The notes under the pieces: model-generated
Databases searched by the model: none
What the model saw: only the letters and a program-made list of their open reading frames with translations
Told to the model about the DNA's origin: nothing
Part shown: positions 38,494 to 51,226 of the stretch, one piece after another
How the letters are laid out: every line of letters begins with the position of its first letter
How positions within the stretch are numbered: the stretch's first letter is position 1
DNA from: Eledone cirrhosa
Lineage: Eukaryota
NCBI GenBank assembly: GCA_964016885.1
Contig: OZ024742.1
Location: 43,896,001-43,960,000 of the forward strand
Length of the DNA: 64,000 bases
Direction: 5' to 3'
Translations under genes and position numbers: made by a program

Positions 38494-40489
38494 AAACACA
38501 CAAACACACAAACACACAAACACACAAACAAACACACACGTGTATATATATTCTATATCAGAAAGAAAGGGAAGGCATTCTCTTCTGCAGGAATATCTGC
38601 CTTTCATCATTGTTTACTGATCTTTAACCTGTCTTGACAGCAATGTGTGAGGAAGTAAATGGTAGCAAAAGATAGATAACTATAAGAAACAATTCTTTGT
38701 AAACTGGATTCTATAGTGTGGGGGATGGCTGTTTTACTTTTGGTATTTGATACCAGTAATAATCTGAGTTCTTTAGGTATTATTGCAAATCTATATATAA
38801 ATTTGAGTGACTTCAGTCTGTCATACAATGTGTGAATGTGTTTTTAAAAAAAGGGGATGATGAAAAAAAACTATAGCGAAACAGCGGCTGGCGTTCATTT
38901 TGCTATGCTGTGTGTGTATTTTGTGTGTCTGTTTGCACATTTATATTTATGTACTCATACATAAAAATGTATGTACATACATGCACATACACAAAAAATT
39001 CTAGTATAACAAACAGCTCTTTGTAAACTTGATGTCTATAGTGTGGAAGTTTGGCATTTAATACCAGTAATATTCTGGTTACTTTAGTTATTATTACAAA
39101 TAGCTCTTTCTAAATTGGAAGTTTATAGTGTGAAGGTTTATATAATGTGTAGGCATGCTGTGTAGTGGTTTAGGGTGTTGGGTGCATGGTCACATTTTCT
39201 TTGGTTTGATTCCTGGATTACATGGCATGTTGTGATCTTGAGCAAAACCCATAACTTCATGGTGCTACAGTGAACTCAATAGAAAATGAGTACCAGCAAT
39301 ATCGGTGGGGGGGGGGGGGGGGGTAAACCCTTTATGACATCATGTCCGAAGGGGTGCAGAATACGTGGAGCAGCAATCGGAAAACTAACTTGTTTCATCA
39401 GCGATTCCATAATTGGACCTTGAAACCTAAGGTATATATATGTGTGTGTGTATGAGTGTGTTTATATCGGAATGGTGGCAGTGAAAATCAGTTAGACCAT
39501 TACTCGCCAGAGTATTCGATACTTGAGGTAGTGATATGAAAAATTTGGGACCAAAATTCAGATCTAGCTGTTGGAATGGCCGGAGATCAGCTGTCGAGGT
39601 CCCGAATATTTTGTATATATGTATATAAATAAAATCTTTGTCACAACTGCATCTCAAAGACTAGCTCACCTCTTTAGTGTATGAAAATAATTCTACCTAT
39701 ATCAGTTGTTGAACTGTTGAACCTCCCTTTATGATCAATTGCAAACCACATTAGAGTATTGCTCACTTAACTGAAATAGCATTACTGCTATAAATAATCC
39801 AGACCCACATTGAAGTATACTTAAACTCACATTGAAGTAATGCTCACTTATCTAGAAGAATATGGCTGCTACATAAATATTTTAAACTCTCATTACAGTA
39901 CTGCTCACACATCTGTGACAATGTTTCTGCTGCACACATAAACATCCTATCCCTCATTACAGCATCTGGGACAGTGCTACTGTTACATATATAAATATCC
40001 CAGACACCCATTAGATGAGAAAGTGCTGTTGTTACACATACACACACATACAAACATCTTAACCTTTCCATTACTACATTTTTAATAAGACAGACTATGA
40101 TTTTCAAATTATTTTGAAAATAAAGAATTTGGAGAATTTAGTAATATATCTTTTACATTATTAAGCAGGTGTTTGGAAGATAACTTAACAAAGGGTTTTA
40201 CATGGAATTATGATGGAAAGATTTTAGATAAGTATAAACACTAAAATAAATAGCTTTGTATCATTGAACCAGGAGCAGTTTCATGGAGTTTAGTACCAAG
40301 AAAGTTAACTCTTAACACCCTGTAATGATATAGAAAACATAATTTTTAAATTGGTTTGTTAATTTAAATGTTTGTAGTATTTTGACTATTGGACAGATCA
40401 TTGTGGAATTTTTTCAATATTAGTAAAGACTTCAATTTTTAATGTGATGAGTCATGTGCTGTTTTATACTTTTCAAGAATGCCTTGTTG

Positions 40490-40810
40490 ATGCCATTTCA
40501 TGCAGTACAGGAAGATTTAAACCACATAAAAAGGTCATGCTACTGTGAAGCTTCAATCACCAACACACTATAACTACTAGCTCCATATTCTTCTATCACT
40601 ACTGCAGTAGCCTCTAAATTAGCTAGCTACATATCATTTTCACCTTGATTCACACTTAGTGCACCTGTTTCTCATCACAACATTCCTACTGTATCTCATA
40701 ATGCCGAGAACCTGCATCAAACACTTTGCTTGATTATATCCACTCCTGTTACAACTTAATAAAGGAATATTTTCTCAACTACTATACTTGATTAAATTGC
40801 CTATACTTCT
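40490..40810 (+). mobile_element. Possible very old LINE 3' end
   Basis: Weak residue pattern (IFFYHYC, TVS.MPRT) reminiscent of LINE ORF2 C-termini; heavily decayed. Confidence 0.3.
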
Positions 40811-42528
40811 CACTAAAGGATCTATGACCAATGTGTTAATATATGAAATTTATTATTACTATTATTTTTATTATTGGCAGTAACTGTACAGCATCAGACA
40901 TCATGCTTTGCAGCATAGGAGTTACGGCCCTTTACATACTGAGTTAAAAATCCCACCAGGTTAACTTTGCCTTTAATCTTTCTCAGGTCAATAGAATAAA
41001 GTATCGGTCATATTCTGAGGTTGACATAATTGATTTTCCCTTCACTTCATTTTTCTTACCTTGTGCCTAAATTAGAAAGCTATACGCAGGGTGTTTCCAA
41101 AAAATGTACACACACTTCAACAGCATTCTAATAAAACTATATATATTGTTTTGGGACACCTTGTATATATATTATATACCTTTATTGGCAGAATTGTTAA
41201 AGCATCAGACATAATGTCTTGTGATATTTATTCTGGCTCTTTATGTTTTGAGTTCAGATCCTGCTTTTCATTTCTGGGTGGATAAAATAAAGTTCCAGTC
41301 AAATGCTGGAGTTGATTTAGCTTTTTAGTTGCCCTATTTTTAATGAAATAAATACAATGCCCTATGTGTTTCAATTAATTTTGTTAATAACCTGATAATA
41401 TTAGAACTTAACATTTTTTTCAATAAAATTATAGTGGTTTCTTGGATGTTTGATGATAGGATGCATGACTTAGTGACCATAAGGTTGTGGGTTTGATTCC
41501 TGGACTGAGTAGTGGATTGTGTTTTTGAGCAAGAGTCTTTATTTAATGCTGATTTTCATAATAGGAAGGAGGCCAGCTAAACCTGCATAGGTGTGAGCTG
41601 TAAATTTCATTTCATGTTTTTTTTCCTCAACCGTATCGTGAAAAAGACTCTCACCACCTCACGAGTCAAGCATTGTATGAGTTACCCTTTTGCAGCTGTC
41701 TCAGCTGCTGGTACACATTTCTTTTCTTTCTTTTTCTTTTTTTTTCTAGCTAAATGGACTGGAGCAATGTGAAATGAAATGTCTTGCTCAAGGTCACAAC
41801 ACCCAGCCCAAGAACCAAGCCTACAACCTGACCATGGGTTCAACACCCAAACCACTTGGCCATGAGCCTTCACATAGTCAAGTATTTGGCCATTAGTTAA
41901 ATTGCTATATGACAGAGACTCACTTTTTCTATATTTACTATTATATTTTTATGGTAAAGGCTTTATCTCACATAATATCAAATCTAGGAGATTTTGATAT
42001 TATTTATGTTGAGAACAATACCCTAACATAAGTATGAGTAGCCAGTTGTGGTTGGTTACAGCTGGTTTGAACAGAAAGAGGTGAGAGAATTCTGGCTGGA
42101 TATGGCCGGTTTAAATGCTAAAGGGTGAATTTCCAGGGTTTCAGACACGCCCCCCCCCCCTCCCCCCTCCCTCCCAACAAACTTGTCTTTTACAATTTTT
42201 TTTCTTCGAAACTAAATATTGAATTAAAATAGAATAAAAGAGCATGAACACAAATGGAAATCACTTGCTGCTATCATGATAGGAAAGATTCCAGCTGAAT
42301 ATTATTGTTGTTCTATTATTTTATTATTATTGTTGTTGTTGTTACTACTTCTATGGATGTTAATAGTCATTTGATGCTTCGGTATGCCAAAAGCAAGTTT
42401 TAATCTTAGCTTACATATATGTATGTATTTATGTACATATGTGTCTATATACATGCTTGTGAGAATGTGCTCATCATGTGTGTGTGTGTGTGTATATATA
42501 TATACACACACACATATATATATATATA

Positions 42529-42707
<179 letters not shown>

Positions 42708-43124
42708 CTGTGTGTGTGTGTATATATAGATATGTGTATATATATATACCTGTGTGTGTGAGTGTAGGTATGCCTGTGTGTACGTATAGTAGTGTGTGAT
42801 TTATCTTTTTACTTGTTTATTTCTATATTTTATTCTTCCATATAGCAGCTAAGTCTGCTATTTTTGTCTCTTTTTTGAAGTTCTGATTCCGATCTTAAGT
42901 CTAAAATTGGCATCCCAAATACAGAATAGGCTCAACTTTCTTTTCAGGTAACATTTTAGAGGTGTTTCCTGTCACCACCATCACCATCACCTTCCTGCCA
43001 CCACCAACACCATCACCTTCCTGCCACCACCAACACCATCACCTTCCTGCCACCACCAACACCATCACCTTCCTGCATGCCTGTTTTTCCCCACTTTCTG
43101 GCTTGCTCTGTTTCACCATCTTAG

Positions 43125-43175
<51 letters not shown>

Positions 43176-43319
43176 CATGTGATCATAAAGAAATTCAAGC
43201 ATTAACTGAAAAAGGTCTCAACATATATGAGTAGAGTAAGTAGAGTATGGAATTTATTTTTATTAGGAAAACCTTTGACACTTACTTAGAAGTTTCACCA
43301 CAGCTAAACTTCATCAGAC

Positions 43320-44660
43320 ATCATCATCATCACCTTCGTTTAACGTCCATTTTCCATGCTAGCATGGGTTAGATGGGAGTTGTCCCACTTGAGGCAAGAC
43401 TGGTCGGGTGACCGTGTCTCGCTCATATAGGACTATCTGGCAGGTTTTCTACAGCTGGATGCCCTTCATAACACCAAACACATTTACAGTGTGGAACTGG
43501 GAACTTTTTACCGTGTTACCTACACGGCCACATTACAGCGTGGACTGTGTGTTTTTTGTCGTGACACCTACACGATCTCGATCTCATTATCTCATGCTGT
43601 TGGTGGGAGTGGGAGGATAGGGTAGTGGATTGGGGTGTATATTTGGTTAAGAGGTGCCTACTGACTGTAGGTTTCGCTTTGTACATAAGCAAGGCGGGTC
43701 TTCTGTATTACTATGTAGCGCCAAAGATCTCGGTCCAGAGACATTGTCTTAGAGAGATGTAAGTGTGTGAGGTCGGAATTTATCAGATCATCCCAGGTTT
43801 TTCTGGGTCTACCTACTCCGTAACTACCATCAATTTTGATCGCCCTGCACTTTTTTATGCAGCTGTCGTTTTTCATGCGCATCACGTGACCATACCAACG
43901 TAGTCTTCACTCAAGTAAACAGCATCTGATCCCTCTTATTCCTAATTTCTCACTTAGTTCATTTATGCTTTGCCATTCACGTATATTACTATTACACATC
44001 CAACGGAGCATGCATGCTACGTTCCTTTCCAGTCTACACAGGACCTCTGCACGTAATGCCCATGTCTCACTGCCATGTAGCATTGCTGTTCGTATACAGG
44101 CATCATACAATCTGCCTTTCATTTTTAGAGAGAAACCTTTTGTCGCCAACAGCGGTATAAACTCTCTGAGCTTTTTCCATCCCGTTCTGACTCAGGCTAC
44201 TGTACTTTCAGAACACCCTCCACCACTGCTGATTTCGTCACCCAGGTAACGGAAAGTGTCTATTTCTATAGAAGGAGCTAGTATCCTTTGGACACTTGCT
44301 ACTTATTGCACCTGAGGATTGGCCACATATAAAGTCTACGTTCTTAGATAGTTTACTTGTGATCCCATTACATCTTTTATGTACCCATAGTTTGCATTTG
44401 GGATATAAAATGGAGTTTCTGCCTATTCCTTTCCTACACACTGAGCATGGCCATTTCCCTGAGGGCACCTGTGCCCTATTTTCCTTTCTACAAACTAGAA
44501 CTTTAGTCTTAGGCAAGTTAACTTTAAGGCCTTTTGATTCTAGGCCATGCTGCCATGTTTCAAATTTCTTCTCTAGTTCAGCCATTAATTCAGCTATGAG
44601 TGTTAGATCATCTGCGTATAGAAGTTCCCATGGGCAGCCGGTCTTGAACTCCTCTGTTAT
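43320..44660 (-). mobile_element. 5'-truncated RTE LINE with 3' UTR and (GAT)n tail
   Basis: ITEEFKTGCPWELLYADDL, KGRLYDACIRTAMLHGSETW, GRPRKTW; frameshifted; same family as 61189-62499. Confidence 0.92.
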
Positions 44661-47600
44661 AGAGAGAGAGAGGGGGAGATAAATAACATTGTCGTCATAT
44701 TGTCCGTTTTTCCCTGCTAGCAAGGGTTGGACAGGTCTATGTAAACCAAGTCAGTACTGAAGCAGAGTGACTAATCTCCCAGGCAGGCCAGAGATCTGTG
44801 TCGCGTTTTATGTACAGTCAACGCTCCGAGTGCACAGGAGAGGTTGTCTTTGACACAACTGATGGTGTTCCTGACCCTTTTGTTTGGCATTTTTTTCTAC
44901 GGCTGGATGTCCTTCCTATCACCAACCCACTTTACAGCGTGTACTGGGTGTATTTATCGTGTAGATCACAACCACTAGTGAAGCTGGCATGTCTTTGATA
45001 CAACTGAAGGGCCCTCCCAACCCTTTGTCTAGCAAGCTTTCTATGGCTGTATGTCTTTACTATATATAATATAATATATAAGACAAAGTTCCCCCTCCAG
45101 CTCACCCTGTCCAGCATTGCCCTCTGAATTTCCTCTGCCTCCAACCTGGTCTTCAAGAACATCCTTCAGTGTGATGGTTGGTTTCCCAACTCATCTGCAC
45201 ACATCAGGTTTCCAGAAAAGAACTCTGACAGCAGATTCATTATGATGTTTTTCAGGACTTTATGTTCAACTTGTTTGACAATTTTTCACTGTAATAAAAA
45301 AAGACACAAAAACAACCGTGTGAAAGCTGTTTACTTTAAACATACATTCATCATCATCATCATTAGACGTTCGTTTTCCATAGTGGCATGAGTTGGATAG
45401 GTCGAGACAAGACACGATTGTATGAACAGGTCTTGTTTATAGGTTCTATATTTGAGCATCGTTTCTACAGCTGGATGCTCTTCCAAATGCCAAACAATTT
45501 ATTAGATATATTGTAACCCCAGCACCACACATACACACAGGCACACATGTTAGAGTTCATGCTGTTATGTGTTTGGCATTAAGAAGGGCATTATCCAACT
45601 GTATAAAACCAAATCCCAAACTGATCATATGAGCGAGACATGGTCACCTGACCTGTTTGACCTCATAATGTGACAACCTAAGATATGCAAGCGTCAAATA
45701 TAGATATTGAATCATGATAATGCTGATCATACACCTCAACTCTGGGTTAAACATTAACCCTTTTGATACCAAACTGCATGAAACCATTTGTTTTAGGGTA
45801 TTTATATTTATCTAAAAGCCTTCAATCATAGATTTCTGTAAAACAAAAACTTTAATGTTACAAAAACTAAAGAAAGTTTGTTATTATTAATACTTCCCAA
45901 TTTTTTTATTTTAAAAATTATTTGAAAATCATAAGCAATATTTTTCATTAGAAATATGATAATGAAAGGGATAAGCAAAATAATGTGCTTATGTTATCAA
46001 ACAAAGAGGGCCTCAAAATAATCAAAAGGTATGTTTTACTTTTTTTAAAGAGAGCTGGTGTCATTTTTTAAATTTTAATCTAACACTGTTGTAACTCTAT
46101 TTTCCTCTGCCAACAAATGTATAACCTTGGATATTTACTTTGTGATTCTTACATCCTTACTCTGGCAAGTGAAGGTGTGTGGCCTAGTGGTTAGTGTTGG
46201 ACTCGCAATCATAAGGTTATGGGTTCGATTCTGGGACTTGGTGGCACATTATGTTCTTGAGCATAACGCTTTATTTCACATTGCTCTAGTTTACTCAGTT
46301 GTGGGGAGGTACCAACAGCAGCTCGGGCTCCCCCCCCCCCCCCCGTAATGCACTGGGAGTTGGCTTAGGAGGGGGCAGGACTTTTTGTGATAGGGTTAGA
46401 ACTCCTATCGTTAAAACACGTGAAACCTATGAAATGCAACCTTGTAAGAAGCTGTCAAAATCTACATAGGTATAAGCTGTAGCAACTTCGACAAGTACAT
46501 TGAAGGCCAGATTTAGCTGATGTCATGATTAAAGCAAAATATGTCTGGATTTATCTCTTCTATTTGCCAAAATAATGGCTTCTAATTTTGACACAAAACC
46601 AGCAGTTTGGGAAAGGAAAAGTTGATTGTATCAACCCTAGTACTTAATTAGTGCTTTTATCTTATCGAACTTGGAAAGAAAGATGAAAGGCACAGTTGAC
46701 CATGGCGAGATTTGAACTAGGAAGTAAAGAGCTAAACATTTAGCCAACTCTGTAACAACTCTGCCAACCCATTGCTCTCAGATGGTAAAAGCAATAGTAG
46801 TCATTGACCAATATTGTATTTTTTGCTTCTTATCTCATAATTATTTCCAGTTAGCTTGTTCATGCCCTTTACATTAAATATATGTTAACATTGGTACAAA
46901 GAGATCTAGTTGATTTGACTGGTACTTTACTTTATAGACCTAGCTTCTTCCTCCCCCACACCACCATTACCGGAAGGTGTAAAGGGATGTAACTAAATAC
47001 CATAATGCATTTTATTATCTGCCACTCTGTTTGATATTGTGTCACCACCATCTTTCTAGTAACCTTTCATTTATCTATCTATTATCTGTCTTCGTTTCCA
47101 CTAATTCATCTCACCACTATCCTATCCTTCTATAATGCCTATTCCCTGTTCTTCACTGCTACTATATGTATTTTATCTCGATTCTAGAAGGTAACAAACA
47201 CGTTTAAATAGAAATCGTTCACTCACTATATTTCGTTTGTTCTGTCATTCATTCCTTTCGTTTTTTAATCTGACCTGGATTTTCATTTTTCTCGTTCTCT
47301 TTTATCTATTCCTCTTTTCTTCTTCTCTCCCGTTCTCTTCTATCTCTCTTGCGTTCTTCTCTCCCGTTCTCTTCTACCTATCTATGCCGTTTTCATTCTT
47401 TTCTCCCTCTCTTCTATCTATTTATCCCTCTCCTGTTCTTTATTATCTATCTATTCCTCTTTCGTTCTTCTCTCCACTCTCCCGCCCTCTCTCTCTCAAT
47501 GTAATTCTCCTACCGCTACCACACACCGCCACTCTTGTTCTTTTCTTTCCTAACACCATTGGCCAAATGAAGGAATGCAGCTGTAGTAGTAGTAGTGGCA

Positions 47601-48140
47601 GCAGCTGCTTTCGTTATCTGAAGATGTGATGTGTTATCGTAACAACATCGCTTATCTCTACCTCACAATCACTACACCGTACATTCTCCCACATGAGTAA
47701 CACACATCTCTCTCTCATGTCTATGCACACACACACGTACACCCATACATATACGTGAAATGCAAGCGTGCGTTCACACACATCTTGAGTTCCTTGTAGA
47801 TCTCTCTAATCTATGATGCCTTCACGCACCTCTTAACACTATCATCGTCACCTTCACCACCTTGTCCAACACACTAACAAACTCTCTTCGCACATTTTTA
47901 CTGCTACACTAACACAATTTCCTTAATCTTCTCTGTTATTTTAACGTGAAGCTGAAGTAAGCATACATATATATATATATATCTATATACCTGCACGCAC
48001 GCAGGGTGTCCCAAAAACGCATACACTTCAACAGCAGATAACTCAAATGTGTATATAATTTTTGGGGACACCCTGTATATATATATATATATATATATTA
48101 AGAAAAACGAAGTTTCGTTTACATGTAGTTAGTTGTTTAT

Positions 48141-48240
48141 TATCGATCTGTTACGTGCGTTTCGTTGATGATTGGCTCAGGATCACCCATAAAAGGTATG
48201 GACCCGACTCCATTATCGATCTGCTCTTCAGACTGGCGAT
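48141..48240 (-). ncRNA. Hammerhead-like motif with extended stem II
   Basis: CUGAAGA (48231-48225), ~60-nt imperfect hairpin, GAAAC-GCAC-GUA; stem I only partly paired; lies between (TA)n tracts. Confidence 0.5.
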
Positions 48241-48337
48241 TCAACAAAAAATAGTGTTTGTTGGGATTTATGAGAGGATGGGAATATATTGGCCCTACTT
48301 TTCCCTCTATATATGTGGGCGTATGTAAGTGAATCAA

Positions 48338-48407
<70 letters not shown>

Positions 48408-48527
48408 CAAAGAGATATTTAATTTGTTGGTAATTCAACAAATATATTTATAAGTTTCGAAGCACTCGACAAATTTTCTGGAGTATAATATTAATAAATG
48501 GAAACTATATTTATAAAACCCTATCAT

Positions 48528-48584
48528 TTCTATTATATATATTTCAAGGGTCCCAAAACTTTGGTACGTTCTCATCAGATAAAA
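48528..48584 (-). ncRNA. Minimal type-I hammerhead motif
   Basis: UUUUAU CUGAUGA GAACGUACCAAAGUUUUGGGACCCUU GAAA UAUAUA UA AUAGAA; stem II carries mismatches. Confidence 0.65.
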
Positions 48585-48735
48585 TACAAAATTTGTTTTA
48601 TAAATAGTGACATACCCAGGAATCAGACCTGAACCGTTAAGGTCTGATTCCTGGGTATGTCACTATTTATAAAACAAATTTTGTATTTTATCTGATGAGA
48701 GCGTACCAAAGTTTTGGGACCCTTGAAATATATAT
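48535..48735. repeat. 96-bp-arm inverted repeat (9-nt loop, 1 mismatch)
   Basis: 48535-48630 is the reverse complement of 48640-48735. Confidence 0.95.
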
Positions 48736-48739
48736 GTAC

Positions 48740-49010
48740 GCGCCACTAGCCTGTGGCGTTCAAGACGTTTGGATGTGGCGGGCCACTGAGAGCGAAGTTT
48801 TCATCGTTAGTTGCTCGCATTACCGAGATTATCAGGTGATGATTGGCGAGTGCTTGGTTGTTTCAGCGTCTTAGCCTCGCTATCACTCGCAGTAATTCTG
48901 CCAGCATGTTGACTCGCCTCAAAAATTTCCGTTGACCATTGTGGTGTGCGGGCGATTGTCGCACTTGGTGGTGAATTGGTGGTTGTTTTTATGTTTGTTT
49001 TTCTCTCGAT
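48740..49010 (+). mobile_element. 3' end of CRE-clade non-LTR retrotransposon
   Basis: Reads PVAFKTFGCGGPLRAKF...AWLFQRLSLAITRSNSASML, the E/K.FG..G and FQRLS.AI.RGN pattern of CRE endonuclease C-termini. Confidence 0.75.
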
Positions 49011-49152
49011 GTTTATAATCTGAGTTCAAATTCCACCGAGGTTAACTTTGCCTTTCATCCTTACGGGGTCGATAAAATAAAGTACCAGTAATGCAGTGGA
49101 ATAATTGCTGAGCTTGTGCCAAAAGTATAAAAAATTATTATTATTATATATA

Positions 49153-49449
49153 TAGTGTACCCCCGGCATTTGCGGTCCCGACATTCGCGGAATTTTCCTT
49201 AGAACCTAACTAATAATTGTTCGTGGAAACCACCTCATATTCGCTTAATCGTAAATATCTTTCGCGATTTTTTAATGGCTTTGTTTCGTGGCAATACATA
49301 TTTTTTCACGCTTTTTCACGCTAAATTATTAACAATATACCGTATTTGCCGGCCTATATTTTACGTTATGTTTTGACGTTTATAGTTATCTTTATGAACT
49401 ACGCCCAATATTCGCGGGTGCTCCCCCGCGAATACCGGGAGATAACTGT
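49153..49449. mobile_element. pogo/Tigger-type MITE
   Basis: Imperfect TIRs AGTGTACCCCCGGCATTTGCGG / CCGCGAATACCGGGAGATAACTG. Confidence 0.6.
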
Positions 49450-49452
49450 GTG

Positions 49453-49500
<48 letters not shown>

Positions 49501-49944
49501 GTGTGTATATATATATATATATGATTTCCTTCGAATGAAACAGTTCTAGCCCTGTAGAAGCCATTTCGATATTAAACATTATAAACTCTATGTATTGAGT
49601 ACTTTACTTACTGTGGTTACCCTCGATTGAACCTGGGAAACACACACACACACACACACACTGTTACCTGATCACCTACAGAAACAAATACATGTTTATA
49701 TAGGTTATTTGTATTTTAACACGAGTGAAAATTGTGTCAGCAAACATGTAGAAATGCGTGTGTACCTGACTACATCTTTATCTTACTGATAGTTCTCAAA
49801 CATATAAAGTGCAACTATTTAAACATATTACTACTCGTAATTATTAATATACACACTTCTTTTAATTAGTTGACTAGCCGTTGTGTGTGTGTGTGTGTGT
49901 GTGGATGTGTGTATATATATATATATATATATACATGTTGTTTG

Positions 49945-49989
<45 letters not shown>

Positions 49990-50071
49990 GAGTTAAACAA
50001 GATTCAATGAGTATATCAAAGATATTAAATCTTAACCATTTAACATCTCAGGGTATGTCATGTATCATTAT

Positions 50072-50124
50072 ATTTTGTCTGATGAGGACGTACTGTTGTA
50101 CCGCCGAAATATGTATAATAAAAT
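50072..50124 (+). ncRNA. Minimal type-I hammerhead motif
   Basis: AUUUUGU CUGAUGA GGACGUAC-UGUU-GUACCGCC GAAA UAUGUA UA AUAAAAU; 7-bp stem I; flanked by long (TA)n. Confidence 0.7.
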
Positions 50125-50239
50125 TTAATTGATCAAAAGAACATCTATTTTATTAATATTTGTATTTTAATATATATATACATATATAAATATAATGAAA
50201 TACTGTTGGCTTCACGCTCACAATAATTTCTATACTTTC

Positions 50240-50296
<57 letters not shown>

Positions 50297-51014
50297 ATGC
50301 CGTATGTATTATGTATGTAAGCATGTATTCGTTCATTTCCTTATAGTTGAACTATAAAATACCAAGTAGCACATTGACTTTTAAAGATGTACTTCTCTAC
50401 ATACTGGTAACTAGGACATGAACCTAATTTTTAGGCAGTTTCGTAATTTCTCTTCCATATATTCTATTAACTATGTGACCACAACTTCCGAGGCTATACA
50501 ATGTTTATTTTACATAAACATTATATAGAGGCCCATATTCGCAGCCCTCGTTTAACCATTAAGTGTTTAGTGCTTCAAATGAAGAGGATGTCCCCAATTT
50601 TTCCATAATGTATTTTGTGTTTAAGGCTTCTAAATGCTTTAATCTGGCTCCGTGTATATGTTTTTATATCTTCTATATTAAATATGGAGCAGGTATGCTT
50701 AAATTAACAAGTCACCATACAAACGTGCAAATTGAAATGGTTATCGATATTGCATGTTTATTAAATACATTTGAAAGCTAGTGTCATTATTTGTATTTCC
50801 TTGTTAGTACTTAGCTCCAAGTTAGCCCAAATCTCAGTCCTGTCAAAGACATACCATCCGCGACCAACGCGTTTTCTTTTTGTCGTTTTTTTGTAATCTA
50901 GTGTATTCCCTTTATAAGATGGGATGGTGTGATTTAAGTTCGATTTTACTTCTCTTTCTAGCAGATTGAGCTATCTCATAGAAGCTATCTCGTCTCTTCC
51001 TGTTTTTATATTAG

Positions 51015-51226
51015 GCCGGCGGATTGGCAGTATCGGTAGTGTCGGACACCGTTTCGCGACATAGTTACGTCCCTTTACACTCAGTTCAAATCCTGCCGAG
51101 GTTAGCTTTGCCTTTCATCTTTACAGAGTTGATAAAATAAAGTACCAGTCACGAACTGGAGTCAATTTAATTGACTTTCCCCTCCCCCAAAATTGCTGAC
51201 CTTGTGCCGAAATCAGAAACCATTAT
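51015..51226 (+). mobile_element. Full SINE family B copy
   Basis: GGCGGATTGGCAGTATCGGTAG...GTTCAAATCC...GCCTTTCATC...GAAACCATTAT. Confidence 0.8.

Noticed and set aside
48740-48990. Structured ncRNA (7SK/SRP-like) repeated at 6170-6385
   Set aside because: Translates to a CRE retrotransposon endonuclease C-terminus.
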